Below, in pieces: positions 8,501-16,101 of a stretch of 64,000 nt of DNA. How positions within the stretch are numbered: the first letter of the stretch is position 1; each line of letters opens with the position of its first letter. The stretch is from Candidatus Pyrohabitans sp. JdFR-17 (GTDB taxonomy: Archaea; Hydrothermarchaeota; Hydrothermarchaeia; Hydrothermarchaeales; BMS3B), in the NCBI GenBank assembly GCA_002011115.2, contig MTME02000038.1:10475-74474 (forward strand), given 5' to 3'. The notes beneath the pieces are model-generated. The model had not been told where the DNA came from and made no database searches. It saw only the letters and a program-made list of their open reading frames with translations. The position numbers and the translations under genes were made by a program.

Positions 8501-9800
8501 CTCCTGTGGGAGACGTGAAGCCCACCTCGGGCAGGGTGTTGTCGACAACCACCTCCACTGCATCGCTGCCAGCGTTGCCAGCTCTATCGTAGGCGTACAC
8601 CTCAATGGTGTGGTTGCCATCCCTATAGAGGGTGGTGTCCAGCACGTATGGCAGAGAGGTGGCAAGCTCGACGCCGTCAAGCATAACAGAAACACCCAAA
8701 AGGTTGGCTTCCTCCACCTCCGCGTCAACGGTTACATTGCCTCTGAGGTATTTTTGCAGAGGTGAGGTGATTCTCACCCGCGGGTGTGTGTTGTCAACGG
8801 TTACCTCCACCCTCGTGGAAGCGCAGTTTCCTGCTTTGTCCCATGCCTCTAGGGTTAAGGTGTGGTTGCCGTCAGCATACATGCTTGTGTTCCAAGCGTA
8901 CTGCGGAGAGCGAGCCACCTCTGCCGAGTCGATTTTCAGGGAAAACCCCTCTAGGTTGGCATCTCTCGCTGAGCCGTTTATCTCCACAACGCCCCTTACA
9001 AAGCTTCCCGCGAGCGGGTAGTGTATCGCCACCTCTGGGGGCGTGGTATCTATGGTGAAGAGCACCGCCTCGTAGGCAGAATTTCCTGCCAAGTCGGTGG
9101 CGAACACCTCGAGCACATACGCACCCTCTGCGGAGATCTCCTCGCCCGGGGTGTAGGCTTCACCGTTCAGCAGAATGAGCACCTCCGCCAGGTGCAGGTC
9201 GAAAACCTCAACGCTGGCGACGACGCTGTGGTTGTAGTAGGCACCTGCTTCAACACCACTTATGTTTATCTCCGGCGGGAGGGTGTCTAGGGTAATGTTT
9301 ACTTCCGCATAGCCGGCGTTGCCGAAGTAGTCAACGACGCTCACACCTATTACGTTCTCACCCTCCGCCAGCTCAACCTCGGCGCTGAAGCTGCCATTCA
9401 CCAGCCGGGCGGAGAAGGCTTCGCCGTTTACAGTAATGGTGACGTTTTCAATCAGAGACACCAGGTAGTCCAACACGCTTCCGGAGATCTCCTGGAGGGA
9501 GGAGTTGGTGTAGGAGTTGTTGGCAGGCGACTCTATGATCACCACCGGCGGGGTGTACCTGTCCATCTCCAGCAGGTAGGGGAAGATGCTCCGCCAGGCG
9601 TTGATGAAGAACTGCACCGCCACCACATACCTCCTGGCGTCGATGTGCTCTTGGGTTTTGGAGAGGTGTGCCTCCGCCCTTAAGAGGCGCTCTTCCAGCT
9701 CCTCCCCCTGTTCGCCGGAGAGCCATGCAAGTAGCCCCCGCGCCTCCTCTACTGCGATGTGGGCGAGCATCATATCCGCCTGCACCAGCTTCGCCAGCAC
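5511..9800 (-). CDS. giant polymorphic-toxin-like protein: Ig-like repeats, TSP3-like Ca-binding repeats, CARDB-like domain, PD-(D/E)xK-like C-terminal tip
   Basis: Tandem repeats each ending in VDNTxP. DTDGDGLSD-type repeats in two blocks. CARDB-like HNLGKGAASNVEVSFY...DEGNN. Tip motif IFEAEVA...TDIDVLLKDGTIIEAKN. The GTG start at 9800 is uncertain because the frame is open to 9881. Confidence 0.85.
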   Translation of the reverse strand: MLAKLVQADMMLAHIAVEEARGLLAWLSGEQGEELEERLLRAEAHLSKTQEHIDARRYVVAVQFFINAWRSIFPYLLEMDRYTPPVVIIESPANNSYTNSSLQEISGSVLDYLVSLIENVTITVNGEAFSARLVNGSFSAEVELAEGENVIGVSVVDYFGNAGYAEVNITLDTLPPEINISGVEAGAYYNHSVVASVEVFDLHLAEVLILLNGEAYTPGEEISAEGAYVLEVFATDLAGNSAYEAVLFTIDTTPPEVAIHYPLAGSFVRGVVEINGSARDANLEGFSLKIDSAEVARSPQYAWNTSMYADGNHTLTLEAWDKAGNCASTRVEVTVDNTHPRVRITSPLQKYLRGNVTVDAEVEEANLLGVSVMLDGVELATSLPYVLDTTLYRDGNHTIEVYAYDRAGNAGSDAVEVVVDNTLPEVGFTSPTGGAFVRRLVEVDGFVRDANLHSITLTIDGVNVSTALPYLWNTSAYRDGNHTLRLTALDKAGNAASTEITVTVDNTPPSAEIIFPLDGAILRGIVNITAKAEDLFLDRFILLINGTVVAENETSFTWNTSAYEDGAYVIELVAVDKAGNVANASASVTIDNTPPELHITELNLYPTIDNPEYPLLISVNENASVTVNGEPVALENGSAVYTASISLGVNRFVVIATDLAGNSAEWEKTLLVDSDNLPDWYEVNVTATDPLNADSDSSLTPESEAGNGIPDDEEDFDGDALNNLQEFRLGTNPFSGDTDADGLTDSFEVFSTSTSPTSADTDGDGLSDAEEDLDEDALSNLQEQSLGTDPLGNDTDGDTLSDGYEVSIGTNPLSDDTDGDGLSDDSELRLGTNPLVSDSDGDGLADGNETFTQSFVNASAGVEATITAVGDASKSIVIAEAENASVLLSQLSGVVKVVEVSTASRVESAYIKIYYDPAQVENVSELRMFYYNESDNSLRLVEVQGVNEQEHYVWGNVTHLSTFSVASPSKWFSQWYVDWEKPELVLKPGEKMRIKARVHNLGKGAASNVEVSFYADSELIGSTSIASIAAGSSAVASIEWVVEAGVERIYVKVDPANLIAELDEGNNNACRDFSRYLDSDGDGLTDYEEIHGMRLAFPHAYVTTDPFNADTDGDGLSDGEEMGSVVYDYWNKLLYNSLRWKYGWPPYDGYHYEYNSDPRKADTDGDGFNDKLELEQGTNPFKPEPGWIEEAFWGFVLGDFGLDDPTHGNLAYLSGWILSGYLVIGDLRDLPSTVIRGDELDFALTAVGLVPLIGDAESTVVKVGKFAKAFKNKISSVIEFVLKRFPTKSTRYLDEILSELKGIKGYEELVHRIETGDKGAIFEAEVAVTKDANNIEWLGKYIITPEGSTDIDVLLKDGTIIEAKNIDWTRVTPGSDAYNMLKSDLGNKIKRFNAYDPTAKKIIIFKGKVDPDIKTWLEYEKGVIVEVIQ

Positions 9801-9820
9801 AAGGCTGAGGTTCTCCGCAT

Positions 9821-10432
9821 TCAGCGAAGACCTCTTCTCGCGGTTGAAATCAGTACCCTGAGGTGCTGCGCCGCCTGCATCTCAAGCTTCATCACCCTCT
9901 CCGAGAGGATGTGCCGCTCATCCAGCCAGAGGCTCGAAGTGAGGCTCCTGTTGATGAGCTGCGAGGTTTTTCGCAGCCTGTGGTTGTCCTCACCCCAGCC
10001 CTCAAGCGAATTCACCTCCTCCAGAGCCTGGAGTTTGAGTGTGTAGGGTGGCACCTCCGTAAAGGAAATGTTGAGGGTGATGTTCCTGAGGTTGTCGTGG
10101 GATTTGTTCACCCTAGTTTTGTTGTGCCCGCCCTTCAGGTGCTTTTTGTGCTCCCTTTTCTGATGGCGATCTGCACTAACCGGACCTCCTCCCTTCCCCC
10201 TATCGCTTCCCTTCGCCTTACCGTGGGCTCCTCCATCGCCGGCGCTCCCCTTACCCGGGCCGCCGCTTCCTCCACCTTCCCCGTGGCTCCCTCCACTCTT
10301 GTCCTTCCCAGCCTTGGTGTCCTTAGCTGCCTCCGCCAAGCTTACCGGTGAAATGATGAATATGAGGATTGAAAAGAAAACAACCAGCCTCCTCGCCCAG
10401 AGGTCCAACTCAGCCACCTCCCACCCTTTCAA
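9821..10432 (-). CDS. signal/TM-anchored Gly/Lys-rich protein, possibly the detached N-terminus of the toxin
   Basis: Hydrophobic LVVFFSILIFIISPVSLAEA, then a low-complexity GG/K-rich spacer, then a helical tail. Its 3' end overlaps the open toxin frame out of phase. Confidence 0.45.
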   Translation of the reverse strand: MKGWEVAELDLWARRLVVFFSILIFIISPVSLAEAAKDTKAGKDKSGGSHGEGGGSGGPGKGSAGDGGAHGKAKGSDRGKGGGPVSADRHQKREHKKHLKGGHNKTRVNKSHDNLRNITLNISFTEVPPYTLKLQALEEVNSLEGWGEDNHRLRKTSQLINRSLTSSLWLDERHILSERVMKLEMQAAQHLRVLISTARRGLR

Positions 10433-12800
10433 ATACTATGTCCTCTTCAGAAATCGCCAGGTCGGGAAGGCCCGCCACACTTATCGAGACTGATGCCGAG
10501 TCGCTCCCACCCTTGCCGTCGCTGACAGTTGCCGTAACAGTGTAGGTTCCAGCCACGCCGGGGGCCGTCCAGGTGACCTGCGCACCTGAGCCGGAGATGC
10601 TCCCGCCGCTGGCGCTCCAGGAGTAGCTCAGCGGGTCTCCGTCAGGATCAGAGGCCACGACAGTTATTGTTGAGCTGCCACCCGGCGGCACACTCTGCGG
10701 CTCTGCTGTGATGGAGGATATCACCGGAGGTTGATTTAAGCTGATGCTGAAGCTTCTGGAAGTGGTAATCCCGTAGTTCCCTGCCCTATCCCTCGCCCTA
10801 ACGTACACGGTGCACATGTCGCTTCCCTCGTGCCTGCAGTCGCCGCTGGAGCCCACGCTTATGGTGACAGAAGAGGAGCAGGAGCGGAGGGTCCAGTCCC
10901 TTGTGGTAACTCCCCCGCTCTTGACCATATAGTAGCATGCATATACGCCGGAGACAGCATCTGAGTCGGTTACTGAGACGGTGAAGTCCTCGCTGTGCCA
11001 GGAGCCAGCAGAGGGGGAGGTGATGGCTGAACTTGGAGGCGTCCAGTCTATGCTGAAGGAGCGGTAGTCTGTGGCCCAGTTACCAGCCCCATCCACGGCT
11101 TTGCTGTACACTGTGCATACATCCCTGCCCTCGTCCTGACAGTACTTCCAGGAGTAGGGTCCAACGGATATCCACACGTCTCCGTTGCAGTCCCTGTCTG
11201 TCCAGTCCTTGGTTACCGTGCCATCACTGACCACCCTGTACTGGCAGTAGCTGAGGCCGGAGCCACCGGTATCAGAGTCTGAGAAGTGCACATAGAAGCC
11301 TTGGTTTTGCCACGAACCCGTGGAGGGTGAGGTTATCTCTGTTGTCGGGTCTTCAGTGTCTGGCTCGGTGTAGTAGATGTACAGGATGGGTCTGCGGTAT
11401 GTGGTTGAGTACTCACTGGAGAAAAAGTACTGCGTGTACTTGGTAGGCGAATCCTCGGAGCTGTCCTTCACGTAGAGGCTTAGGACCCCATCGCCGGCGA
11501 GGTTGTTCTTCACAGCATTTATGAAGTTTTCTACATCCCTTCCAAAGTACTTGTAGCCGCTGTCGCCTATCCTGATGACATCCAGAACCGTTGACCTATA
11601 TCCTGGCTGGTTGTTCCAGGTTATGGTGTCCTCATCCCAGCTGTCGTGCAAGGCCTCGCGAATCTCGATGTACCTGTCTCCAGAGCCGGTGCTCCCGAAG
11701 TCCTTGTAGAGCTGTAGCATGGCGTTTGTTACACTGTCTGCATCAATATATGAGGGGAGGGAGAATTTCAGTATCGCCCTTACGTCGGCGCCACTTTTGC
11801 TCTGCACCGCCAGATAAATGCTTGAGCCGTAGTTCCAGTCCGGGCTGTATTCAACCAGCTCGGCGTCGTTGGAGGGGTAGATGGACACTGCCGGGTCTAT
11901 GTAAACCGGATATTTTCTGTTGCTGTCGTTTAGCCAAGCTTCGGGAACCTTTAAGGATATTCTCAGGTGGTTTCCTTCCCTTACAATTAGATAGCTACCA
12001 TAGGTGAAGTTTAGGTTGGAATCGTATATAAAGGGATGGTTTATTTTAAATATTATTTTATCGCCGTATATGAAGGAAATGCTTCTGTTTGTTTCTATTT
12101 CTCCTTCCACCTCTTTTCCGTCCACCACAACCGCCAACTCAGGGGAGTGGTGCAGGATTCCGCTAAATTTTATTTTCTTGGATTTCGCTGGTGGTTTCTT
12201 CAGGATGTAGGTCTCCTTTAAAATTGTGGGCAGGTACTCGTACTCAACGTCAACATCCGGATATGCAAGTTTGAAGGCAATTTTGTGGCCCTTAATCTTC
12301 TCAGACCTTTTGATAAACGGCTTTTTAACATTTCCTACGTGCATATATTTGTTTTGGAATTTTATATAAAAGTCGTCCTTTTCTATCAATACAGAGGAGT
12401 CCCTGCCCCAGCGGGCTTTGTAGATTCCTTCGTCCACAAAGTGTCCATTTCTGTCAGACTTTATGGTTCCGTTGATGGGAACATATCTCCCGCCCTTTAG
12501 ATAGTTGATCGGGAAGGTCGCTACCTCAACCACATGGATACCGTCCGGCAGGATATAGTCGTTGTAATTTAGACCTCGCTTGAATATCTTTCGCTCAGTG
12601 GTAATTTCAGGAGCAGTACCAACGATAGAGACGTTGGAGATGACATTCTTAGATGTCGCATGGTTTCCAGATACAGCAGTTTCAGCCGCCACTGGACCAA
12701 AAAGGCTGAAAATCAGAGCCAATATTAATATCGCATTAATAAGATGTGAATATCTGTTTTTGAGGAGCTTCCTTGTGCCGGCAGGAGAAGAAAGCATCAA
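10410..12800 (-). CDS. large secreted protein with DNRLRE-like, twin Cys-containing Ig-like and PKD-like modules
   Basis: Signal/anchor ILILALIFSLFGPVAAETA. RAILKFSLPSY...WDEDTITWNNQPGY is DNRLRE-like. Two ITSPS.GSW...CTVY..A.D.AGN repeats. SDPDGDPLSYSWSASGG...TATVSDGKGG is PKD-like. Confidence 0.8.
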   Translation of the reverse strand: MMLSSPAGTRKLLKNRYSHLINAILILALIFSLFGPVAAETAVSGNHATSKNVISNVSIVGTAPEITTERKIFKRGLNYNDYILPDGIHVVEVATFPINYLKGGRYVPINGTIKSDRNGHFVDEGIYKARWGRDSSVLIEKDDFYIKFQNKYMHVGNVKKPFIKRSEKIKGHKIAFKLAYPDVDVEYEYLPTILKETYILKKPPAKSKKIKFSGILHHSPELAVVVDGKEVEGEIETNRSISFIYGDKIIFKINHPFIYDSNLNFTYGSYLIVREGNHLRISLKVPEAWLNDSNRKYPVYIDPAVSIYPSNDAELVEYSPDWNYGSSIYLAVQSKSGADVRAILKFSLPSYIDADSVTNAMLQLYKDFGSTGSGDRYIEIREALHDSWDEDTITWNNQPGYRSTVLDVIRIGDSGYKYFGRDVENFINAVKNNLAGDGVLSLYVKDSSEDSPTKYTQYFFSSEYSTTYRRPILYIYYTEPDTEDPTTEITSPSTGSWQNQGFYVHFSDSDTGGSGLSYCQYRVVSDGTVTKDWTDRDCNGDVWISVGPYSWKYCQDEGRDVCTVYSKAVDGAGNWATDYRSFSIDWTPPSSAITSPSAGSWHSEDFTVSVTDSDAVSGVYACYYMVKSGGVTTRDWTLRSCSSSVTISVGSSGDCRHEGSDMCTVYVRARDRAGNYGITTSRSFSISLNQPPVISSITAEPQSVPPGGSSTITVVASDPDGDPLSYSWSASGGSISGSGAQVTWTAPGVAGTYTVTATVSDGKGGSDSASVSISVAGLPDLAISEEDIVFERVGGG

Positions 12801-12907
12801 TCTATCAAAAAAGTTGGTCTGATATATAAAATTTATTAGAAATTCTCTTCAAATAAAAAGCTAAAATGGTTTTAGTTACGTTTTGTTATTGAGATGAGCT
12901 TCAAATG

Positions 12908-13501
12908 TTAAGTCCAATACCAGCTCTCTCGCAGCTCATCTATATCCTGCCAATTTGTATCATTTTCAAAAACCGTTCTTTTTAAGTTTTCATCGTCTGG
13001 AAGTTTTTTAATATTTATTCCTGATGAGATTCTCTCTCCAGGTGGGGGAAATTCGCTTGGAGGTGCTTTCTCTTCCCCACCTTCCCTCTCACCGATGATG
13101 ATAATCCGCTCTACACCTCTTTCCATCAGAAAAGGAACGGGATCGGCCAAAAATTTATAATACCAGCCGGGCATGTTTACCGTTCTCAGCGCAATCAACA
13201 ATCGTTCAATAGGGGTAAAATATGGCAAGACGACTTCTTCAACTTTGAAATAATGAAATAAATCGTTTAATCCGCTGGTGTGGTCCGCGTGCAGATGAGA
13301 TAGAATTAGCAAGTTTATCACTCTGTTATTTTTGTCTATCTCATTCTTAAAGTGTTTAATTGCCGAATATACCAACCCTCTTTGAAATGAACCGCAGTCG
13401 TAGATGAAACGGAAAATATTTTGAGAGGAACTGATTTCTCCGGAATAAAAAAGCCCCTGCCCTACATTGTGAAACGTGAAGTTTGTATTGACCCTTGTCA
13501 T
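12908..13501 (-). CDS. metallo-beta-lactamase-fold protein, N-terminal part only (probably truncated)
   Basis: HNVGQGLF and LILSHLHADHTSG (the HxHxDH motif) are present. The downstream His/Asp motifs of the fold are not seen in the remaining about 120 aa. TATA-like ttatataaaaaat lies upstream. Confidence 0.6.
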   Translation of the reverse strand: MTRVNTNFTFHNVGQGLFYSGEISSSQNIFRFIYDCGSFQRGLVYSAIKHFKNEIDKNNRVINLLILSHLHADHTSGLNDLFHYFKVEEVVLPYFTPIERLLIALRTVNMPGWYYKFLADPVPFLMERGVERIIIIGEREGGEEKAPPSEFPPPGERISSGINIKKLPDDENLKRTVFENDTNWQDIDELRESWYWT

Positions 13502-13797
13502 CGTAACAACCCCCAGAATATTTTACGAATTTTCTGATTTTATTTTTTATATAACTTACTCCGGAAGCTTTACTCAGCGGTATCATTGGTGGAGCGCATG
13601 AGAGAACCCAAAACTTTCTGGGGCTGGTGAAGTTTCTGCTCTACAATCGCTTTGAAGAGTTGTATATCTCTGCTCTGCATTCCAGAGGTTTATCCTGAGG
13701 AGGTTTTCGTACCTTCCTGAGGTGGAATGGCGAAGTCTATAAGGGAACATAAGTGGTGGAGAGAAGGTCAAGTAGTGAAGGTTAGGTTAAATTCCTG

Positions 13798-14136
13798 TTA
13801 CCAGTTCTTGAACCTCTCCTCCGCGCTCCTCAATATCTCTATCAACTTCTCTTCTGGCAGCATGTGGAGCATGTCTTCTATCGCTTCGGCAGCAATATGT
13901 AGGGGAACCAGCATCTCCACCGGGTAGAGCTGCATCCTGTAGATGTCGCCCTCACCTGTGCTTACCTTGCTCAGCCCTATCTTCTTCAGCCACATCTGGG
14001 CGTTTATCTCGGTGGCGAAGCGGCACCCGTCGGTAAAGGTGAAGGAGTTGTTGGTAGAGCGCCGGAAAAATGATATATGATTTAGGGGCACACTTGACCG
14101 GGAGGAGAACTTTTCAGTTTTACGGCGCTCCTGCAC
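13798..14136 (-). CDS. hypothetical protein
   Basis: 112-aa ORF divergent from the OB-fold gene. No motif recognised. The start is uncertain. Confidence 0.3.
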   Translation of the reverse strand: MQERRKTEKFSSRSSVPLNHISFFRRSTNNSFTFTDGCRFATEINAQMWLKKIGLSKVSTGEGDIYRMQLYPVEMLVPLHIAAEAIEDMLHMLPEEKLIEILRSAEERFKNW

Positions 14137-14170
14137 AAACGCCTTGTAGCTAAAGGGGAGCTATATAAAT

Positions 14171-14644
14171 ATGGGCGAGTTTAAGGTAGGCGATATAGTA
14201 GACATTGAAGGCACCATAGAGCTCGTCAGCAGAACCAAGGACTTCGGGAACAACAAACGCGTAAACATCAAGCTGAAGGATAGTCAGGTGGAATGGATAT
14301 CATTTGTATCTACGCAAGAGAGAGTTGAGAAGTTCAAAAAGGAGTACACCTCGGGAAACAGAATCCACGCTAAGTGCAAGGTTCACGAGGGGAGGGACCC
14401 GTGGGGGAATCCAAGGAAGGAGCTCTGGATACAGGAGGTTTCTAAAGTAAAGAGAGTGGGGGCTGTGAAAAAGGAAAATATCCTGGAGGTGGACCAGTAC
14501 TTTATAGACCAGCTAAAGAGAGTAGAGAAGATAGCCAAAAGGGCTGGAATGCTCACAAAGGATGGCGAGAAGTACGCTGGCATTGTGTCTTCAATATTCG
14601 CTAAGATTTCTAGGCACGAGTTCTACATTGAAGAGGAAATATAA
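14171..14644 (+). CDS. OB-fold-like small protein, unknown function
   Basis: FKVGDIVDIEGTIELVSR...RVNIKLKD...IHAKCKVHEG looks like an OB barrel. TATA tatataaat sits immediately upstream of the ATG, which looks leaderless. Confidence 0.55.
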   Translation: MGEFKVGDIVDIEGTIELVSRTKDFGNNKRVNIKLKDSQVEWISFVSTQERVEKFKKEYTSGNRIHAKCKVHEGRDPWGNPRKELWIQEVSKVKRVGAVKKENILEVDQYFIDQLKRVEKIAKRAGMLTKDGEKYAGIVSSIFAKISRHEFYIEEEI

Positions 14645-14700
14645 GCTGCTAAAATTTCCCTTTTTAAGCTTCAACCATCTGCCAATATTGGTGTAACTTA

Positions 14701-15408
14701 ATGGAAAGCACGGCAATTCTTGTGAAGCAGGACTTCAGCACAGCATTCTTATCCCTTTACGAGGAAATGAAAAGGCGCTTCAGGGAGAAGGGAATGCATG
14801 CTACCATCCAGACTTTAGAAAAGTGTCAGGCAATGCTGCTGGTGTTTCTGGAGAAGGGAAGACCAATAAGACCATACGAGCTGGTAGATGCCTTGCTCTT
14901 CAACCCTGCCTTCAGCAAGTGCAAAGACGCAAGGAGAATGGTCTTCTATATTATGGAGAAGCTGTTGAAGATAGGACTCATAGAGAAAGTGGATGTCAAG
15001 GGAAAAGATGGATACTACAGGATAGTGAAGAACTGTTTCGAGATAAAGATGTCGAGATCTGATGAAATCCCGCAGATCACAGAACCGCGGGTAATTCCAC
15101 TCATCACCGGATGGAAAAAGGTATTCGAGCTGAGGAACATCCTAAAGCTCTGGGGGCTACCATCCCTGTCCCACGCCATTGTTTACGAGATTTCCTCCCT
15201 CCTCAATTATATCGATTTTCTAAAAGGTCAGAGCAACGATGAAGTCGATGCAAGACTGGAGTCTGTGGAAGATAATCTGAGGATGCTGATGGAGGAATAC
15301 ATAGCCTTCGGCAAAACCGGAGAGCTTTCGGAGAAAGAGGTGGGACTCTTCCATGACTGTGAGAAGGAGATACGCAAGTTCGCCGAGAATGTGATAAGAT
15401 TAGGATAG
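14701..15408 (+). CDS. winged-helix-like DNA-binding protein, unknown function
   Basis: RPIRPYELVDALLF...ARRMVFYIMEKLLKIGLIEKV.VKGKDGYYRI resembles a wHTH. Co-directional with the OB-fold gene. Confidence 0.5.
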   Translation: MESTAILVKQDFSTAFLSLYEEMKRRFREKGMHATIQTLEKCQAMLLVFLEKGRPIRPYELVDALLFNPAFSKCKDARRMVFYIMEKLLKIGLIEKVDVKGKDGYYRIVKNCFEIKMSRSDEIPQITEPRVIPLITGWKKVFELRNILKLWGLPSLSHAIVYEISSLLNYIDFLKGQSNDEVDARLESVEDNLRMLMEEYIAFGKTGELSEKEVGLFHDCEKEIRKFAENVIRLG

Positions 15409-15440
15409 AACGCTCAGAAAAAATGGCAAGATGATGCCTC

Positions 15441-15716
15441 CTAAAGTCTATTTATTTCCTCTATCAGTGAAAGCGCCTTCCTGCCTTTTTTGGTAATAGA
15501 GTAAATACTTCTAGGCGGTCTTCCCTTGACTATATCCCTTTTGATCAAGCCCGCCTCCTCAAGGTCAACAAGCCTATCGGAAAGCGTTCTCGAGCTTATC
15601 CTTGGCCTCTCACCAGCAAGGGTGCGTAGGAGTTCCTGGAAACCCATAGGGCAGGAGCTTAATTTCATCAGTATCTCTTTTGACCACTTTTTAGAGAGCT
15701 TCTCGAAGGTTGTCAT
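15441..15716 (-). CDS. HxlR-family winged-helix transcriptional regulator
   Basis: KKWSKEILMKLSSCPMGFQELLRTL...ISSRTLSDRLVDLEEAGLIKRD...SIYSITKKGRKAL follows the HxlR pattern. Confidence 0.8.
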   Translation of the reverse strand: MTTFEKLSKKWSKEILMKLSSCPMGFQELLRTLAGERPRISSRTLSDRLVDLEEAGLIKRDIVKGRPPRSIYSITKKGRKALSLIEEINRL

Positions 15717-16101
15717 TTTAGGTCACTTATATCTTTAAATAATTAAAGTTAATGTAGATAGAAAAATATTTATACTTTACCGTATAAAAAAGGACCGTAG
15801 GAAGCAAAAGCCGTCGTGGGGTTTAAACCTTCGGGCCAATGTCCAATGAGCAACAATGAAGGAGCAGCAGTGAAAGCCCCTCACTGGGCTTTTCAGAAAA
15901 CAAGTGAAACAGAAAAACTTTAGTTTAAAAATCTGAATCAGTGAAAGGTTTCTAGAGCTCTGGAAAAGGCAAAGAACTGCCAGAAAAACTAAAAGAAGCG
16001 AAGCACGGCTGGTGCTGGAAAGAGCCCCGAGGGAACACGCCTGAGCCACCACAAAAGCCTGTTATGATTTTATAACTTCACTTTATAAAATTTTTTTATG
16101 A

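Noticed and set aside
7069-9290. A series of plus-strand track ORFs (7069-7392, 7417-7989, 8005-8373, 8632-9021 and others) antisense to the toxin gene. Similar antisense ORFs occur at 24045-24626, 28937-29566, 36789-37214, 38545-39102 and 55210-55626.
   Set aside because: They are Ser/Leu/Pro-rich low-complexity translations lying entirely inside strongly supported genes on the other strand. These are typical shadow ORFs of GC-rich coding DNA.
16023-16033. An 11-nt match (agccccgaggg) to the tRNA-Thr 3' end (22397-22407), considered as a possible distal att site of the island.
   Set aside because: Many 11-mer matches are expected by chance in 64 kb, and the match does not extend. It is insufficient for an att call without a computational repeat search.
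15777-16052. The 91-aa minus-strand track ORF. Also considered whether the region is an SRP RNA or RNase P RNA.
   Set aside because: The ORF is Cys/Phe/Leu-rich with no start context and looks non-coding. No conserved RNase P (GAGGAAAGUCC-like) or SRP helix-8 type motifs were seen, and the centre is too AT-rich for a thermophile structural RNA. It is kept only as a low-interest finding.
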